Below are positions 1-11,988 of a stretch of DNA of 64,000 bases, piece after piece. The translations under genes were made by a program, and so were the position numbers. A model generated the notes under the pieces. The model worked only from the letters and a program-made list of their open reading frames with translations, was not told the DNA's origin and did no database searches. The stretch covers positions 11,679,950-11,743,949 of the forward strand of contig NC_134026.1 of the NCBI RefSeq assembly GCF_964204645.1, read 5' to 3'. The stretch's first letter is position 1, and each line of letters opens with the position of its first letter. This DNA comes from Tubulanus polymorphus (Eukaryota; Animalia; Nemertea).

Positions 1-1353
1 CTTTATATGCTTTTCTCCTTTCTCTATATTCGTTTTGCATTTCAAGCGTACATCTTTTAAATCTATATACTTAACCATCAATTGTTCCTTTCCCTTTATG
101 AAATTCAGAATAGTTTTTAATTCACCACAACCTATCTTTTCATATCAAATATTTAATCTGTACATAGATTTACACTTAATATTTTTACCCCAAATTTTCA
201 CATAATTTTCATTAGGCCTACTCACGTCATGCATTATTGCATAAAACATTCAAGTCCCAGCCGACTTGTATCATGTCTTTAAGTGATAAAAACATTGCCA
301 GGACCCTACAATGGGACCTTTGAATTGAGTGTCATTTCTCATTTTATGAATTATTTTCCATTTGTCTTGAACAATTTCTTACGGTATCCAATTTGGTATG
401 TCTTAAAACATAGATGGCAATTCCATATTTCAAAAGATGTTAAAGAGAACTCACATTTTTCAAAAACTGCAATTTTAACCGAATGTATACTAATTAATTG
501 GATCTATAGAGACTCTTATTAATTAAATTGTGATAGTTCCGTTATGTGAGCTGTCAGATATGACGATCTCGATATAAAGTTCGAGGCGCACACTAACAAC
601 CTATACCTTCCTTGTTGAAAATTGTGTTTAGACATGTCAATTATGGAATATTAACATAATTAATTTTTTCATTTTGTAATAAAATATAGTACCGGTATTA
701 TAAAAAGAGTCTACCGGTACTTCTAGTTAGTGTCGCGGAAATTCCCTTGTGATTGCGCCGAGAGCGCCAAATTCAAAATCAATTTCCTTTAATCGCCACA
801 GATAGCGTAATAATGTCATAATGTTATAACTACTTTATCAAACGTTAATCATCCGTCTTGTTCCTTTATGGCTGTTATATATCCGGGCCAAATTTCCAGT
901 TTATGCTGCGGCACGAACTCTCGTCCGGTCGAGTTGTGTTCGGTTAAGGATTTCACCCAGACTATGTTCTTACCGAGTTTTAAACTATCCGGGGAATCAC
1001 TTTTCCGCAGTTGTTAAATCGCGTGAGGAATAGAATCCTTATTTCTTGAAGCTTCTTATACTAGACCATTTTAGTCTTCAAATTATATTGTGAAATAGAA
1101 TTCCGATCTGAAGGCCGAGTCGCCCATATTTTCGGGCCGGTTCAATTCGGCACTCCACGGTGCGGTCCGTTCGGGTGCTCCCTCTTCTGGCGGTTATTTT
1201 TCAACTATTCGAACGATAAATCCTTTCACGGGTAATAAATCCCTTCTTTTTTAAGATTTAATGCTCGGTTCAGGCCGGAATTCTTATTAACTAATTTATG
1301 ATGGAAAAGTTAGATCGAGCGTCGTTGTTGACAAACTTAATCACGCGTGATCG

Positions 1354-1514
1354 TGACGTCACGTGTCCCTCGTGACCTCTAACCAATGAGGCGCGTCGGG
1401 GACAAAGAACTCTGACCAATGGAGGGCTTCGGGGACAAAAACTTCCATCCAATCAAAACATCGGGGACTGGGAGCCCTATATAAGGCGCGCAGAACTCTA
1501 GTTCAGGATTCATT
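1354..1514 (+). promoter_or_regulatory. Pol II-type promoter: CRE/E-box, three CCAAT boxes, TATA box, Inr-like site
   Basis: TGACGTCA 1354-1361 overlapping CACGTG; CCAAT at 1383, 1416 and 1449 (33-bp period), each followed by TCGGGGAC; TATATAA 1478-1484; TCATT about 32 bp downstream. Confidence 0.6.
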
Positions 1515-2268
1515 TTCGATTGGCATCGCCGCGGAAGACATACACATAGTTATATATAACAAGCGACTCTCGAGCGACAATTATACGTGACACAATGTAA
1601 GCGCTACCTCTTACGTCCAGATAGGGACCCCCGTCTTAGGGGATGTGATCACTTGTTACTACAGTTAAGATAGTTGATATATTATTATTATTGCCTTGCC
1701 GCGGCCTTGATTGCCCGGTTTTTGCGGTTACCGCCATGTTCTTTTATCCAAATTCCTTATCCTAATCTATCATTATTAGAATGTCTTATCAAGGGTTGCT
1801 CCTAATGACGACCTTGTAATTTCAAACTAAGTGGAATTACTGTCCCGGGTGGGGGGATTTTGGCGACGGTGGCTGGTGTTCGGTAGATGTCTCGCAGTAT
1901 CGCCGCCTTCAGCCGATGGTACTAGATGGAAGACGATGGCTACTGGTGTGGATGGTACAGCCGCCCTGAGGGACTTGCCGGTGTAAGATGAGGTTTGGTG
2001 TAGAAGATTCAACCGCCGACGGGAATGGTTCATTGGTCCTTGGAACGACGAAGAATGAAGCAGACCTACGCTATCCACCGAATGATGTCCGACGAGATTC
2101 TGCAGATTCTGCAGGCTGGCCGGGTACCGACCCTGTCGCTAGACCCACCCCCCCCCCTCTTACCTTAATCCTTCCTTTGTTATTCGGGGCTTATCCGTCC
2201 TATATCTCGTATAGTATTATCGATCGACGATCGACTGTTTTAGTATTAAATTGCAAAGTATTAAGTAT

Positions 2269-2627
2269 TGATACAGAGGATAGTATTTATTTAATATCTA
2301 AGTCATTATTCAGTTTTCATTACAAACATGTTATACTATATTTCCGTATGTTAATCATATCAAAAGCAATATTGTCTTTATCTCTTTAATCCTAACCGTC
2401 CACTTCACTCGGCACTGGTCATTCGGACTTTGTCCTACTGACGTCTGGCCATTGTCTAGTGGAGCAATATAAATTCATGTCTCTCTATTCCTCGCTCTCT
2501 TTCTCTTTGGCTCTCGTTCTCTCTCTGAGCTCTTTTCTCTTTGACTCGTTTCAACAATAAATCAAGCTTTAAATTATTTCAATATCGTTTGTGTTTGGTG
2601 ACTATTCTGAGCTAGTTCCAGGTATCA
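2269..2627 (+). repeat. 5' LTR
   Basis: Direct repeat of 13237-13595 with no difference seen by eye; contains AATAAA. Confidence 0.97.
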
Positions 2628-2628
2628 T

Positions 2629-2638
2629 TGGTGGAGAA
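2629..2638 (+). promoter_or_regulatory. Primer-binding site, probably tRNA-Ala
   Basis: TGGTGGAGAA 1 nt after the LTR; complementary to the ...UUCUCCACCA 3' end of eukaryotic tRNA-Ala. Confidence 0.7.
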
Positions 2639-2810
2639 CCACGATCTCGGTAAGTGCATTTTTTTTAAAATTTACTTTCAATTATATCCACCCACTTTAT
2701 TCCGGTGCACTTATCTCGCATACCCCAAGCGAAGTGCTCTATCGTTACCATTTCTAGTTCCTTTCATTACTTTATTGATTTTATTCCTACAATTATTTTT
2801 GTTTCTTGCA

Positions 2811-4079
2811 ATGAATGTTCAAGGAGTTGTTACGACGACACCAATATCACCTTCGGCTTCTTCGTCGAGTGAGGATTCACACGTTGTGACCTTCAGGCCA
2901 CAACCTAGTGCCTTCGTAACAGAATCCTTGCCTATCCCGCCTCATACTTTCCCTGGCTCTGGCCGCTACTCTCATACTCTTGTCGAGCCATATATGGAAC
3001 CTACTCCTAGATTCCCAGTACAGTCAACTCCTGCTGTTACCTGTACTTGTTCAGCGAACCCAGGCTTATCCAGGCCACATACCAGTTTTTCTTCTCCCGT
3101 TCCCCCCTTTCCCCCAACCCCGCCTATAACTGCAGCGCTAGCTAGTTCGCACCAAGGCACTTTGAATTCTTTGATTCATTTTCCTAGACCAGCACTCCAT
3201 CCACCCAAACTACAGAAATTTAATGGTAAGGCTTCGAGTGATTTCGGTAGGTTCGTTCGGGATTTTGAGGGTCTTGCTGCTTTAAATGGTTGGTCTGAGG
3301 ATGTTAAGGCCGCGGCTCTTCCGGCGTATTTGACGGACGTAGCAAGGGACCATTATGACGATGTAATTTCGACTTATCAAGGTCCAGGTTCAGCTACGTA
3401 CTCATTTATCAAGGAGGGGCTGCAGGCGAAGTTAGACCCAAAGGAACTCTACTGGGTGCAAGAACAGGCGTTACTTGGCCGTAAACAGGGACCGAATGAG
3501 CCGGTGAAATCATACTCGGAGGAACTCACCTCTAAATTTGCGAAATTGAAAACACCTCCTCAGACGCGATTGCAAGTCTTTTTGTTAGGGTTACGAACGG
3601 ATCTAAAGAAATTTGTTTTGACTCAACAACCTCGGTCAGTTGATGAGGCTGTTAATCAGGCCCTTACGGCAGAGATTATTACGCAGCTAGATCCTCCTGC
3701 AACACACTCAGTTGCCGCCCTTAAAGGCCAGGAGCAGGATAAAATGGAATTGTTGATTAACGAAATAAAATCTCTACGAGCTGACCTCACTTCTCAATCA
3801 AATTTCCAAGCAAACAATAGGCCGGCATCAGAAATTCCTTACTGTAATTACTGTCAGAGATCAGGTCATTCTGAGCGTACTTGTGATCGCAGGTACAATT
3901 CAAGAGGTCAGCAGTCTAGTTATCGGGGTCAAGGGTTGCGTAGGCAAAATTATTCGAGGAATAATTACCGTCCGTTTAATTCTGATAACCCGACAAACAA
4001 TCGAAACTATACACATAGGGGTAATTACGACAGGCAGCAGTTTCCCAACTCTACCTATCACACGAATCAGGGAAATTAG
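2811..4079 (+). CDS. gag: Gag (capsid domain plus CCHC zinc knuckle)
   Basis: KFNGK..DFGRFVRDFE retrotransposon capsid motif; CNYCQRSGHSERTC knuckle; first ATG at 2811 (the ORF track starts at a TTG in the PBS). Confidence 0.92.
   Translation: MNVQGVVTTTPISPSASSSSEDSHVVTFRPQPSAFVTESLPIPPHTFPGSGRYSHTLVEPYMEPTPRFPVQSTPAVTCTCSANPGLSRPHTSFSSPVPPFPPTPPITAALASSHQGTLNSLIHFPRPALHPPKLQKFNGKASSDFGRFVRDFEGLAALNGWSEDVKAAALPAYLTDVARDHYDDVISTYQGPGSATYSFIKEGLQAKLDPKELYWVQEQALLGRKQGPNEPVKSYSEELTSKFAKLKTPPQTRLQVFLLGLRTDLKKFVLTQQPRSVDEAVNQALTAEIITQLDPPATHSVAALKGQEQDKMELLINEIKSLRADLTSQSNFQANNRPASEIPYCNYCQRSGHSERTCDRRYNSRGQQSSYRGQGLRRQNYSRNNYRPFNSDNPTNNRNYTHRGNYDRQQFPNSTYHTNQGN
4070..4076 (+). promoter_or_regulatory. 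-1 ribosomal frameshift site joining gag and pol
   Basis: Slippery heptamer G GGA AAT just before the gag TAG; the -1 frame is open from here into pol. Confidence 0.75.
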
Positions 4080-4096
4080 GCACGGCTTGTATCAAC

Positions 4097-7000
4097 GTGG
4101 GTGATAACAGCCAACCACATGCACATAACCCCGCGAACCATTTACCAACATCCCCTCCTAACATTAATTTCGATACTTTTGCAGATGATTCCGCTAATTC
4201 TGACGTTTTTAGCAGTAAATTTCATATTGATTTTTGTGACTGTTTGCTCAGAATATTTTATGTTTTCATGGCCTTTTCCCTACTTATATTCTTTTTATGC
4301 AAAGACATCGTGTGTAGAGCCACTCCATTTCTTATCAATGTTTTCATCGTGCTATTCAAACTTGTACGACGGTCAGCACGTGGCAGTATAACCATATTTG
4401 CTAAGTCTCGTGTCTTGGGTGAGTCTCTCTATTCAAGTATTTGTTATCATGTTAGCCTATTTATGAACGGCATCAGTTTCCCGAAATGTGATGAAAAATG
4501 TAAACAGTCGCCGATAGTTAGCGAAAATAGTCAAAAGTCTTATAAAATTTTAGCATCGGTCGCCAATTCAATTCCCGGAAAAGTTAGTGGAACAAATGTT
4601 ACTATTTTAATTGATAGTGGTAGTGACTTGACAGTCGTTAGTAAATCTCAGCTTGATAAATTAGACAGTTGCGAGCTAATTGACCCCGATAAAAGTATCA
4701 ATGCCCATTCAGCTAATGGATCTAATATTCGAATTTTTGGCGTCACTGAATTAAAACTTAATATTGGGCTCTGTGATTATAATATAACTGCACATGTAAC
4801 GGCAGATTTGGCATACGACGTTATTTTAGGTATGGACTTTTTGATACCACAGGGAGTTATTATTGATTTAGGGGAAGGTACCGTACAATTCCCTGGTAGC
4901 GGTCCTCTGATATTACAGAAGCAATACGATCTTGTAAATGATGCCCAACTGCGTGTCAAAGAAACCACGGTAGTTCCACCTTTTTCAGAAATAGTCATAC
5001 CGGCAAAAATATCACAATCCGTTTCAGATGGGACCGAATGCATAATTGAACCGAGTCTCAAATTACACAGAACAAATTTGATTGGTGCTAAAGTCATTGC
5101 TTTAGTCAAGAAGAACTCAGTTCCATTTCGTATTTGCAATCCTACCGTTAAACCCGTGAAACTTTATAGAAACACAACACTTGGTCATCTATCTACAGGA
5201 TCGTTTGACATCATAGATACAGATGTACAAAACGAATCAGCAAGTATACCGGGACCCAACATTTGTAATCTTAATTGTCAGCCTGGGAACCTGAAGTATA
5301 AAGGCCCACCTGACGTCGACCTAGGTAAATCGCAACTTTCAGGCTCAGAGAAACAGCGTCTGCGTAAACTTCTCTTGAAGTACCGTGACGTTTTCGCCAA
5401 TAGTGATGACGAACTGGGTCATTCAACGTTAATAGAACATCATATCGATGTCCAAGGCCACCCTCCTATCAGGCAACGAGCCTATCGATGGACCCCAGAC
5501 ATGAGAAAAATCGAGGAGGAGGAAGTAGATAAGATGGCACGTGCCGGGATTATTCGAGAATCTAACTCGCCATGGAGTAGCCCGGTCGTGCTAGTTAAAA
5601 AGAAAAATGGCCAGACTAGGTTCTGCGTAGACTATCGGAAGGTCAACGAGGTCACTCGGAAGGATTCATTCCCGATGCCTCGTTGTGACGATATAATCGA
5701 CAGTTTAGGTAGTTCCCAGCCAAAATTCTTTTCATCACTAGATTTGCGATCTGGTTATTGGCAATTAGAGGTTGACGAAGATTCGAAGCCAATCACTGCG
5801 TTTACCTGTAGTCGTGGCCTGTTTGAATTTAATCGCTTACCATTTAGCTTATGTAATGCGCCTAGCACTTTTGAAAGATTGATGGAAAATGTTCTCCGAG
5901 GGCTTAGTTGGAAGATATGTCTAATTTACCTCGACGACATTGTAGTATTTTCCAATTCATTTGAAGAACATTTGGAACATTTAGAGCAAGTTTTCCAACG
6001 GCTAAGAGAAGCTGGACTGACTCTGAAGCCGTCCAAATGCAACTTCGCTATGGCAAGCATTCTTTACTTAGGACACGTTCTCAGCGCCAAGGGAGTCGAA
6101 CCCGATCCTGAAAAGTGCAAGGCAATTTTGGAGTACCCAATTCCAAGAACGTTGAAAGATCTAAGATCATTTGTAGGCCTGGCTACGTATTACAGGAAAT
6201 TCATTCCCAGATTTAGCGAAATATGCTCACCTCTATATGCCATGACCAAGAAAAATGCAAAATTTGATTGGACACCTGAATGTGACAAAGCCTTTAACAC
6301 ATTAAAACAACGACTCACGACTCCCCCTGTATTAGCATTTCCCGACTTTAATCTACCCTTTGAACTGCACACAGATGCCAGTGCAACAGCAATAGGGCTG
6401 GTATTGTGTCAGCGTGTGGATAATAATGAACGCGTTATTGCGTATGGGGGCCGGAACCTCCTCCCTAGGGAAAGAAATTGGGACACAACCCAACGGGAGA
6501 TGGCTGCTGTCATGGAAGGCATCAAGAAGTTCAAGCCCTACCTCCACGGTCGCAAGTTCCGTGTCGTTACAGACCACAATGCACTCCGTTGGTTAATGAC
6601 ATTAAAAGAACCTCAAGGACGATTATGTCGTTGGGCATTAGCATTGCAAGAATACGACATGGAGATTGTGCATCGTGCTGGTCGGGTACACAATAACGCG
6701 GATGCCTTATCACGTCGAAACTATATTAACACCATTGATTCAAATCAGGTTTTGAACATTTCAAATGAAGATAGGGTTGAGTATCAACCAAAGCCAGACA
6801 ATATCTCATTTATCAAACGCACACAGAGGGATGACCCTTTTTCTTTAGATTTGATAAAGTACTTGAATGATAGAGAATTACCCGAAGACAAGAAGGCCGC
6901 TAGAAACATCATCCTCCAGTCTGAATTTTTCTGTCTACGCGAACACGGATTATTATGGCGCAAGTCCAAATTGAACCGATCAAAACATCCGGGTCAAATT

Positions 7001-8500
7001 CTGTTTCAATTATATATCCCTCCATCATTGAGAGAGGACGTTCTCATAGCTTATCATGACGATGTTTTGGCTGGTCACTTTGGTTTTGATAAGACCTACG
7101 ATAAAATACGAACGAAATACTACTGGCCAGGCATGTACGAAGATATAGCACACTGGGTCAGGTCATGTAGATTGTGCAATACCAAGAAAGTACCGAAACA
7201 CAAGCTCACGGCACCCCAGATCCCTTTACCTGCAGTAGATTCTCCGTTCGATCGAATCGCAATTGATTGCGTAGGGCCAATCCATCGCACTAGGAAAGGG
7301 AACCAATATATTGTAGTCATAACCGACTATTTGACACGTTGGGCAGAAGCCTTTGCCACCAAATCTATTTCTGCAACTGTGATTGCTCGCATTCTGTTTG
7401 ATGAAGTTCTATGTACCCACGGCGCACCACTCACAATTTTGAGTGACAGAGGAACGAACTTTCTGTCTTCTCTTGTAAGAGAACTATGTGAATTATGCAA
7501 TACTACTCAGATCCGTACTTCCGCTTATCACCCATGTACAGATGGACTTACTGAAAAGTACAATGGCACTTTAGTGCAAGGACTGAGCATGTTTTGCAAT
7601 TCAAAACAGACTAACTGGGATGAATTCATCAAGCCACTCCTTCATGCCTATAGAACTACCATCGTCAAAAGCACCGGCTACACACCATTTTTTCTCATGC
7701 ACGGTCGTGAAGCTAGGACACCAATAGACACCTCACTCCTACCTCCTGAACATGAATTCTACTCAGCTGATGAATATGTCCAAGAAATGGGTAGAAAGTT
7801 GCAAGAAGCTCGCATTTGGGCCAAAACAAATCTGGAAAATACTCAGGTGATCACGAAATTGAAACATGATCAACGACACAAGGTCACAGATCCTGTCTAC
7901 CAGGAAGGCGACTTAGTTTGGCTTCGGACTCCAAAGACAATAAAAGGGCTATCTAAGAAGTTGCTTCATCCATATTCTGGACCATTCATTATCTTCAAGA
8001 AAACATCGCCCGTTATTTATCTCCTTAAAACACGAGCTGGTAGAACCCTTAAATCTCCCGTGCACGCCAACAGACTTAAAATGCACACTGACCCTAATGC
8101 TCGACGTGTCGGAATTCAGAAATTTGATCGTGATTTGCAAGTTAAAGTACAACCCCAAATACCCAGGAAACAAGCACAGGTTGTCCCTCAACAACAGGGA
8201 GGTAGCGATAGCAATAAACCCAAGGATTCCGAGCCAACGGCCGCATCCGCGAATAATCCAACACCACCAACTACAACTGAGCACACAATCACAAAGAATC
8301 TTCCCGATCCCGAACTTAAATCCCGGAACAAAAAGCAATCAGATGTCTTTCCCGTCAAATGCCTATTAAAATCACGGAAATCGAAAGGTCGTTTACAGTA
8401 CCTAGTACAATGGGCTGGTAACTATCCTCCCTCATGGGAGCCATCAAGAAACGTATCTAAAGACCTAATTGAAAAATTCCGGCTGGATAAAAGACAATGA
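4097..8500 (+). CDS. pol: Pol: protease, RT, RNase H, integrase, chromodomain
   Basis: LIDSGS protease; RFCVDYR and YLDD RT; TDAS..TDH RNase H; HHCC and DDE integrase; C-terminal QYLVQWAGNYPPSWEP chromodomain; uninterrupted 1467 aa. Confidence 0.97.
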   Translation: MGDNSQPHAHNPANHLPTSPPNINFDTFADDSANSDVFSSKFHIDFCDCLLRIFYVFMAFSLLIFFLCKDIVCRATPFLINVFIVLFKLVRRSARGSITIFAKSRVLGESLYSSICYHVSLFMNGISFPKCDEKCKQSPIVSENSQKSYKILASVANSIPGKVSGTNVTILIDSGSDLTVVSKSQLDKLDSCELIDPDKSINAHSANGSNIRIFGVTELKLNIGLCDYNITAHVTADLAYDVILGMDFLIPQGVIIDLGEGTVQFPGSGPLILQKQYDLVNDAQLRVKETTVVPPFSEIVIPAKISQSVSDGTECIIEPSLKLHRTNLIGAKVIALVKKNSVPFRICNPTVKPVKLYRNTTLGHLSTGSFDIIDTDVQNESASIPGPNICNLNCQPGNLKYKGPPDVDLGKSQLSGSEKQRLRKLLLKYRDVFANSDDELGHSTLIEHHIDVQGHPPIRQRAYRWTPDMRKIEEEEVDKMARAGIIRESNSPWSSPVVLVKKKNGQTRFCVDYRKVNEVTRKDSFPMPRCDDIIDSLGSSQPKFFSSLDLRSGYWQLEVDEDSKPITAFTCSRGLFEFNRLPFSLCNAPSTFERLMENVLRGLSWKICLIYLDDIVVFSNSFEEHLEHLEQVFQRLREAGLTLKPSKCNFAMASILYLGHVLSAKGVEPDPEKCKAILEYPIPRTLKDLRSFVGLATYYRKFIPRFSEICSPLYAMTKKNAKFDWTPECDKAFNTLKQRLTTPPVLAFPDFNLPFELHTDASATAIGLVLCQRVDNNERVIAYGGRNLLPRERNWDTTQREMAAVMEGIKKFKPYLHGRKFRVVTDHNALRWLMTLKEPQGRLCRWALALQEYDMEIVHRAGRVHNNADALSRRNYINTIDSNQVLNISNEDRVEYQPKPDNISFIKRTQRDDPFSLDLIKYLNDRELPEDKKAARNIILQSEFFCLREHGLLWRKSKLNRSKHPGQILFQLYIPPSLREDVLIAYHDDVLAGHFGFDKTYDKIRTKYYWPGMYEDIAHWVRSCRLCNTKKVPKHKLTAPQIPLPAVDSPFDRIAIDCVGPIHRTRKGNQYIVVITDYLTRWAEAFATKSISATVIARILFDEVLCTHGAPLTILSDRGTNFLSSLVRELCELCNTTQIRTSAYHPCTDGLTEKYNGTLVQGLSMFCNSKQTNWDEFIKPLLHAYRTTIVKSTGYTPFFLMHGREARTPIDTSLLPPEHEFYSADEYVQEMGRKLQEARIWAKTNLENTQVITKLKHDQRHKVTDPVYQEGDLVWLRTPKTIKGLSKKLLHPYSGPFIIFKKTSPVIYLLKTRAGRTLKSPVHANRLKMHTDPNARRVGIQKFDRDLQVKVQPQIPRKQAQVVPQQQGGSDSNKPKDSEPTAASANNPTPPTTTEHTITKNLPDPELKSRNKKQSDVFPVKCLLKSRKSKGRLQYLVQWAGNYPPSWEPSRNVSKDLIEKFRLDKRQ

Positions 8501-8535
8501 TCTTATCGTGTCGTTTTCCATCTATTTTTCAGACA

Positions 8536-11500
8536 ATGATGATTTATCCAATATTTTTCATACTGATGGGTACAGGGACCGGTGCTGCGAGGGAAAGGTT
8601 GATACTCCGGAAAGATTACTGTGTCTTGTTTACGCAACAGGGCCAGATCGACAACGCTGGGTCAGCATGGAGCCACACGTATGCTCTACCTTGGCTGCGT
8701 TATCCCCTGCCGCACATGACACCACCTTCCTGTCCGGACAACCCCGACCAAGCGTGCCAGCACCTACTTAGGGCCATCAATGCCCTTGCACAACAGCGCA
8801 ATAATTCGGCAGCAGATCTCAATTCAACCATAAACGAAATTAAGTCCCTAATGCCTGCACGATTATATCAAACTAAGTCAAGGTCAAAGCGAGGATTACT
8901 GAATTTTGTCGGAAGCATTTCAAAAAGCTTATTTGGTACAGCCACTGAAGTGAAGTCGACGAGATTCGATCCCACATAGGGCAACTTGAACAATCAAATA
9001 ACCTAATCAAAAATGAAGTCATTCGTCAAGGGAAGGAAATGTCATCATTCATGAATGTGACATCTTCCCGTCTTGAAAATATCATGACTGGTGTAGAAAA
9101 TAATCACAATTTGGTGAAAAATGTGCAATCAAATCTCCTAGAGTTGGCCAGTTTTTCTGAACAGAATAGGGTTCGAGTCACTGATTTAGAAGCTTCAGTG
9201 GCAGCAACCAGCACTTTCATTCAGTATTTCGCTATGACCTTGGAAGTATCAGCACAATATTCACTGGAAGCAAGAGCCTGGTTAGCCGGTATTCAAAACT
9301 TAATCGACGGGTACCTTCCATTAAACTTAATCCCGTCATATATCATAGCAAAAACGCTTAGTTCCATTCGCGAACTCCTGTCTTCAAACTACCCTGGATT
9401 TACTTTATCATACTCAAATCCAGGGCATTATTATCAAGTTCGGAATGTCCTTTATACACGAACCGATAAAGCTATATATATAAATGTTAAATTTCCAATT
9501 TCTAAAATGAGTACTATTTTCGATGTATTTGCAATAGCAGCTATGCCAGTACCAGTGAATGCCTCCTCCCATAATTGTACACTAATTCGACACTTGCCTG
9601 ATTACATAGGCGTCACCCACTCTGGCGACTTTTATACTGAGCTGGACGCCAAACAGTTCCTTCAATGTGAGGGTGAGTTGGCCAGTTTTTCTGAACAGAA
9701 TAGGGTTCGAGTCACTGATTTAGAAGCTTCAGTGGCAGCAACCAGCACTTTCATTCAGTATTTCGCTATGACCTTGGAAGTATCAGCACAATATTCACTG
9801 GAAGCAAGAGCCTGGTTAGCCGGTATTCAAAACTTAATCGACGGGTACCTTCCATTAAACTTAATCCCGTCATATATCATAGCAAAAACGCTTAGTTCCA
9901 TTCGCGAACTCCTGTCTTCAAACTACCCTGGATTTACTTTATCATACTCAAATCCAGGGCATTATTATCAAGTTCGGAATGTCCTTTATACACGAACTGA
10001 TAAAGCTATATATATAAATGTTAAATTTCCAATTTCTAAAATGAGTACTATTTTCGATGTATTTGCAATAGCAGCTATGCCAGTACCAGTGAATGCCTCC
10101 TCCCATAATTGTACACTAATTCGACACTTGCCTGATTACATAGGCGTCACCCACTTTGGCGACTTTTATACTGAGCTGGGCGCCAAACAGTTCCTTCAAT
10201 GTGAGGGTAAAGGTATAAAAGTCTGCCCTACTGCGCAATCAATGCGCTCTAGATTGTTTTCATCGTGCGCTAGCGCCCTTTTTTTCAATAATCACGAGGA
10301 TATCATGAAACTTTGTGATATCAGATACCAGGAATCTGGCCTTTTCGAAGGAGCTCTGGATCTTGGTTCTGGTTCCTACTTAGTTAGTGGTCGTGAGGCC
10401 TCGTGGTCAATGACTTGCCCAGGCAAACCCGCGCGCGCAATCATGTCATGCACTATGTGCCAGATTAAACTACCTTGTGGTTGCGGGATAACCTCTTCAA
10501 CTTTTAAAATACCAGCAAAAATCAGCAATTGCCATAAAACATCCACCACCCCTATTTATTCCCATCCTATAAACCTTCCAGTTATGTTGTCGTTTTTTAA
10601 ACATATGTCGATAATGGATAAACGCAAGTTGTTAGATCCATCATCACACTCATCGAATATACACAAAGTAGTTCTTCCAGAAATAAAGATAATCAGGGAT
10701 AAATGGGATCAGGTAGCTCACAAAGAAGAGAAATTCAAAGCTAGTTTTCAGAAACTGTCAACCGAGGGCCATAAATAGGTCGAACTATTTGCAACTGCGG
10801 CGGATGCCTTAGCATCACCGTGGCATAAAAGTTCTTTTAGTATGGATTCCTCACAAATTATTGCCTCTACATCATTAATCTCAAGTTTGTTAGCTTTGAC
10901 TTTCTCGCTGTATCTATTCTGTACTAATCGAAGAAGAGCGGCAACTTTGTTTGCACCTCTCGCAACAACCAGCATTCCGTCGGCAAATGCATTTAAAATA
11001 ACGATAAATGAAACACTAGCCTTTTATCCACCTGACGAACAAAGCAATCCGGCTACCGACAATGCTACAACCGATTTTGTATCCTCTTTTGAATTAATTT
11101 CTTCGCATATTCAGGAGAACGTACATTTCATCGTTTTGTTGTTAGCCGGCTATGTGTTATTTCGGTTGTCTTTATTAATTTTAAAGAATATATTCCGAAT
11201 GGTGTATCCGTTACGTACTAGCGGCTGTTCTTTAGTCCTCTCACTGGCTAACATCAGCGATAGCGTTAATATAACTATTTTAAATCTTCCTGACTGTCCA
11301 CATCACTATTATATCAATCACGCCCCCAATGGTCTAAGGATAACAAGTCAGGTCAAGCTTTTAAGTCCTTATCTCTCGACCTATTGGGGAAACAGTCAAA
11401 TTATAGCAAATTCTCGGCGGCACGACTTACCTGAATTAACCAGAATGTCATGGTGCGCGTACATCCAATTAATAAAAATTATTAACTCTAACTATTTTGA

Positions 11501-11561
11501 TACTTATCTATATCTTTCATTCACGGATGGTAAAATGATTGCACTTCCGACACTTGATTAA
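8536..11561 (+). pseudogene. env: Env (class I, baculovirus F/errantivirus-like fusion glycoprotein), disrupted
   Basis: Signal peptide MMIYPIFFILMG after splice acceptor TTTTTCAG (8532); furin site and fusion peptide RSKR|GLLNFVGSISKSLFG; Cys-rich ectodomain; TM segments. Lesions: 1-bp frameshift near 8950, in-frame TAG 10776-10778, 534-bp tandem duplication. Confidence 0.85.
9141..10208 (+). repeat. In-frame 534-bp tandem duplication within env
   Basis: 9141-9674 repeated at 9675-10208; three substitutions seen. Confidence 0.95.
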
Positions 11562-11988
11562 GTTTACCCAACCACTAAACCTTAATAATCATTAGTTACA
11601 CGTACTCACAAAAGTCTTTTGCAGATCGTGAATATCCATTACTGCTGCGACACTAGCTCAGAGATATCCTTTTATCAAACTACTCATATTTTTCAAATTC
11701 TATAACAAAATTTTATGAGAGAGCTTCCTACAATGTTTTATTTTGTCTAATCCAAAACGTTCTTTTGCAGGTGCAACAGCTTAAGTTTTTCTTGGTTTTG
11801 TTTTTTTTTTTTTGCTTTACGCTATCGTTAAGCTAACTATCTTTTCCTAACTAATATCGGTATCATCCATTTGCGCGTCTGATATGGGAAAGCATGGAGG
11901 TAGTTTAATATATCAATTTGATCTATAATCTATGTAAATGACTCGCATGCGATATAGTCTCAGGTCGATGTCACATCTCCGTCAGAAG

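Noticed and set aside
2628-2810. Hydrophobic N-terminal extension of Gag
   Set aside because: Starts at a TTG within the PBS and is T-rich leader sequence; the first ATG is at 2811
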